NCBI RefSeq assembly: GCF_003324675.1
Contig: NZ_CP030918.1
Coordinates: forward strand, 2,100,001-2,132,000
Direction of reading: 5' to 3'
DNA from: Paracoccus suum
GTDB taxonomy: Bacteria > Pseudomonadota > Alphaproteobacteria > Rhodobacterales > Rhodobacteraceae
DNA: 32,000 nucleotides
Part shown: positions 31,856 through 32,000 of the stretch, piece by piece
Layout of the letters: each line of letters begins with the position of its first letter
Position numbering within the stretch: the first letter of the stretch is position 1
Notes under the pieces: model-generated
Database searches by the model: none
Told to the model about the DNA's origin: nothing
The model's input: only the letters and a program-made list of their open reading frames with translations
Position numbers and translations under genes: made by a program

Positions 31856-32000
31856 GCATCCTGGCCCGCATTCGCGCCCATGGCGGCGACCTGACCTTCG
31901 ACCAATGGCGGCCGACGCTTGTGCGCGGCCGGTTGGACGATGCCGCAATCGCCTGGGTCAAGCACCACAGGGATGCAGTGATGACCGAGGCATGGCCGGC
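31852..32000 (+). CDS. hypothetical phage protein, 3' end outside the window
   Basis: GTG 31852 overlaps the upstream TGA (GTGA). The frame stays open to the window edge (SILARIRAHGGDLTFDQWRPTLVRGRLDDAAIAWVKHH...). Confidence 0.4.
   Translation, partial: MSILARIRAHGGDLTFDQWRPTLVRGRLDDAAIAWVKHHRDAVMTEAWP

Larger units (their letters stand above)
19792..32000. mobile_element. lambdoid prophage, integrase-proximal arm (int, xis, accessory, recombination, immunity and start of replication modules); continues beyond the window
   Basis: The gene order int-xis-...-recombination genes-CI | Cro-... starts immediately 3' of a tRNA. Genes are densely packed with overlapping junctions. Confidence 0.85.

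Overview
This is a high-GC segment (by eye about two-thirds G+C) that looks like an alphaproteobacterial chromosome of the Rhodobacterales/Paracoccaceae type. It has three parts.

(1) Bases 1-16.2 kb are ordinary core genes: class I aldolase, a DD-carboxypeptidase with a SPOR tail, clpS, an RsmC-like methyltransferase, yceD-like, bamE, msrB, an OlsB-like N-acyltransferase, pgk, two cyclophilins, tyrS, anmK, a tandem pair of identical tRNA-Asp genes, a ceramidase-like membrane protein, glpX and recJ.

(2) Bases 16.25-18.9 kb form a visibly lower-GC two-gene islet directly downstream of tRNA-Glu(UUC). It encodes an HlyC/CyaC-family toxin-activating lysine-acyltransferase homologue next to a Hint (bacterial intein-like) domain protein. 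That protein has no RTX repeats, and there is no type I secretion gene in the window. I consider this the most interesting candidate for an undescribed system. An NDUFS4-like gene and a GNAT gene follow.

(3) From tRNA-Arg(UCU) (19715-19791) to the window end lies the left arm of a lambdoid prophage. It contains a frameshifted tyrosine integrase, an Xis-like HTH protein, an accessory pair (HPD-less J-like protein plus exported thermonuclease), and a dense recombination module (Gp157-like, Rad52-like, SSB, NinB, Ref-like HNH). It also has a CI/Cro switch flanked by CTAG-N4-CTAG palindromes. The rightward early operon includes an orphan NPPF DNA methyltransferase, a DUF1064 protein and a ParB-like protein.

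Almost every prophage gene junction is a 4-nt ATGA/GTGA start/stop overlap. Several small membrane-protein ORFs fall below the 60-aa cutoff of the supplied track. All functional calls rest on my reading of motifs and remembered family sequences; no database search was run.
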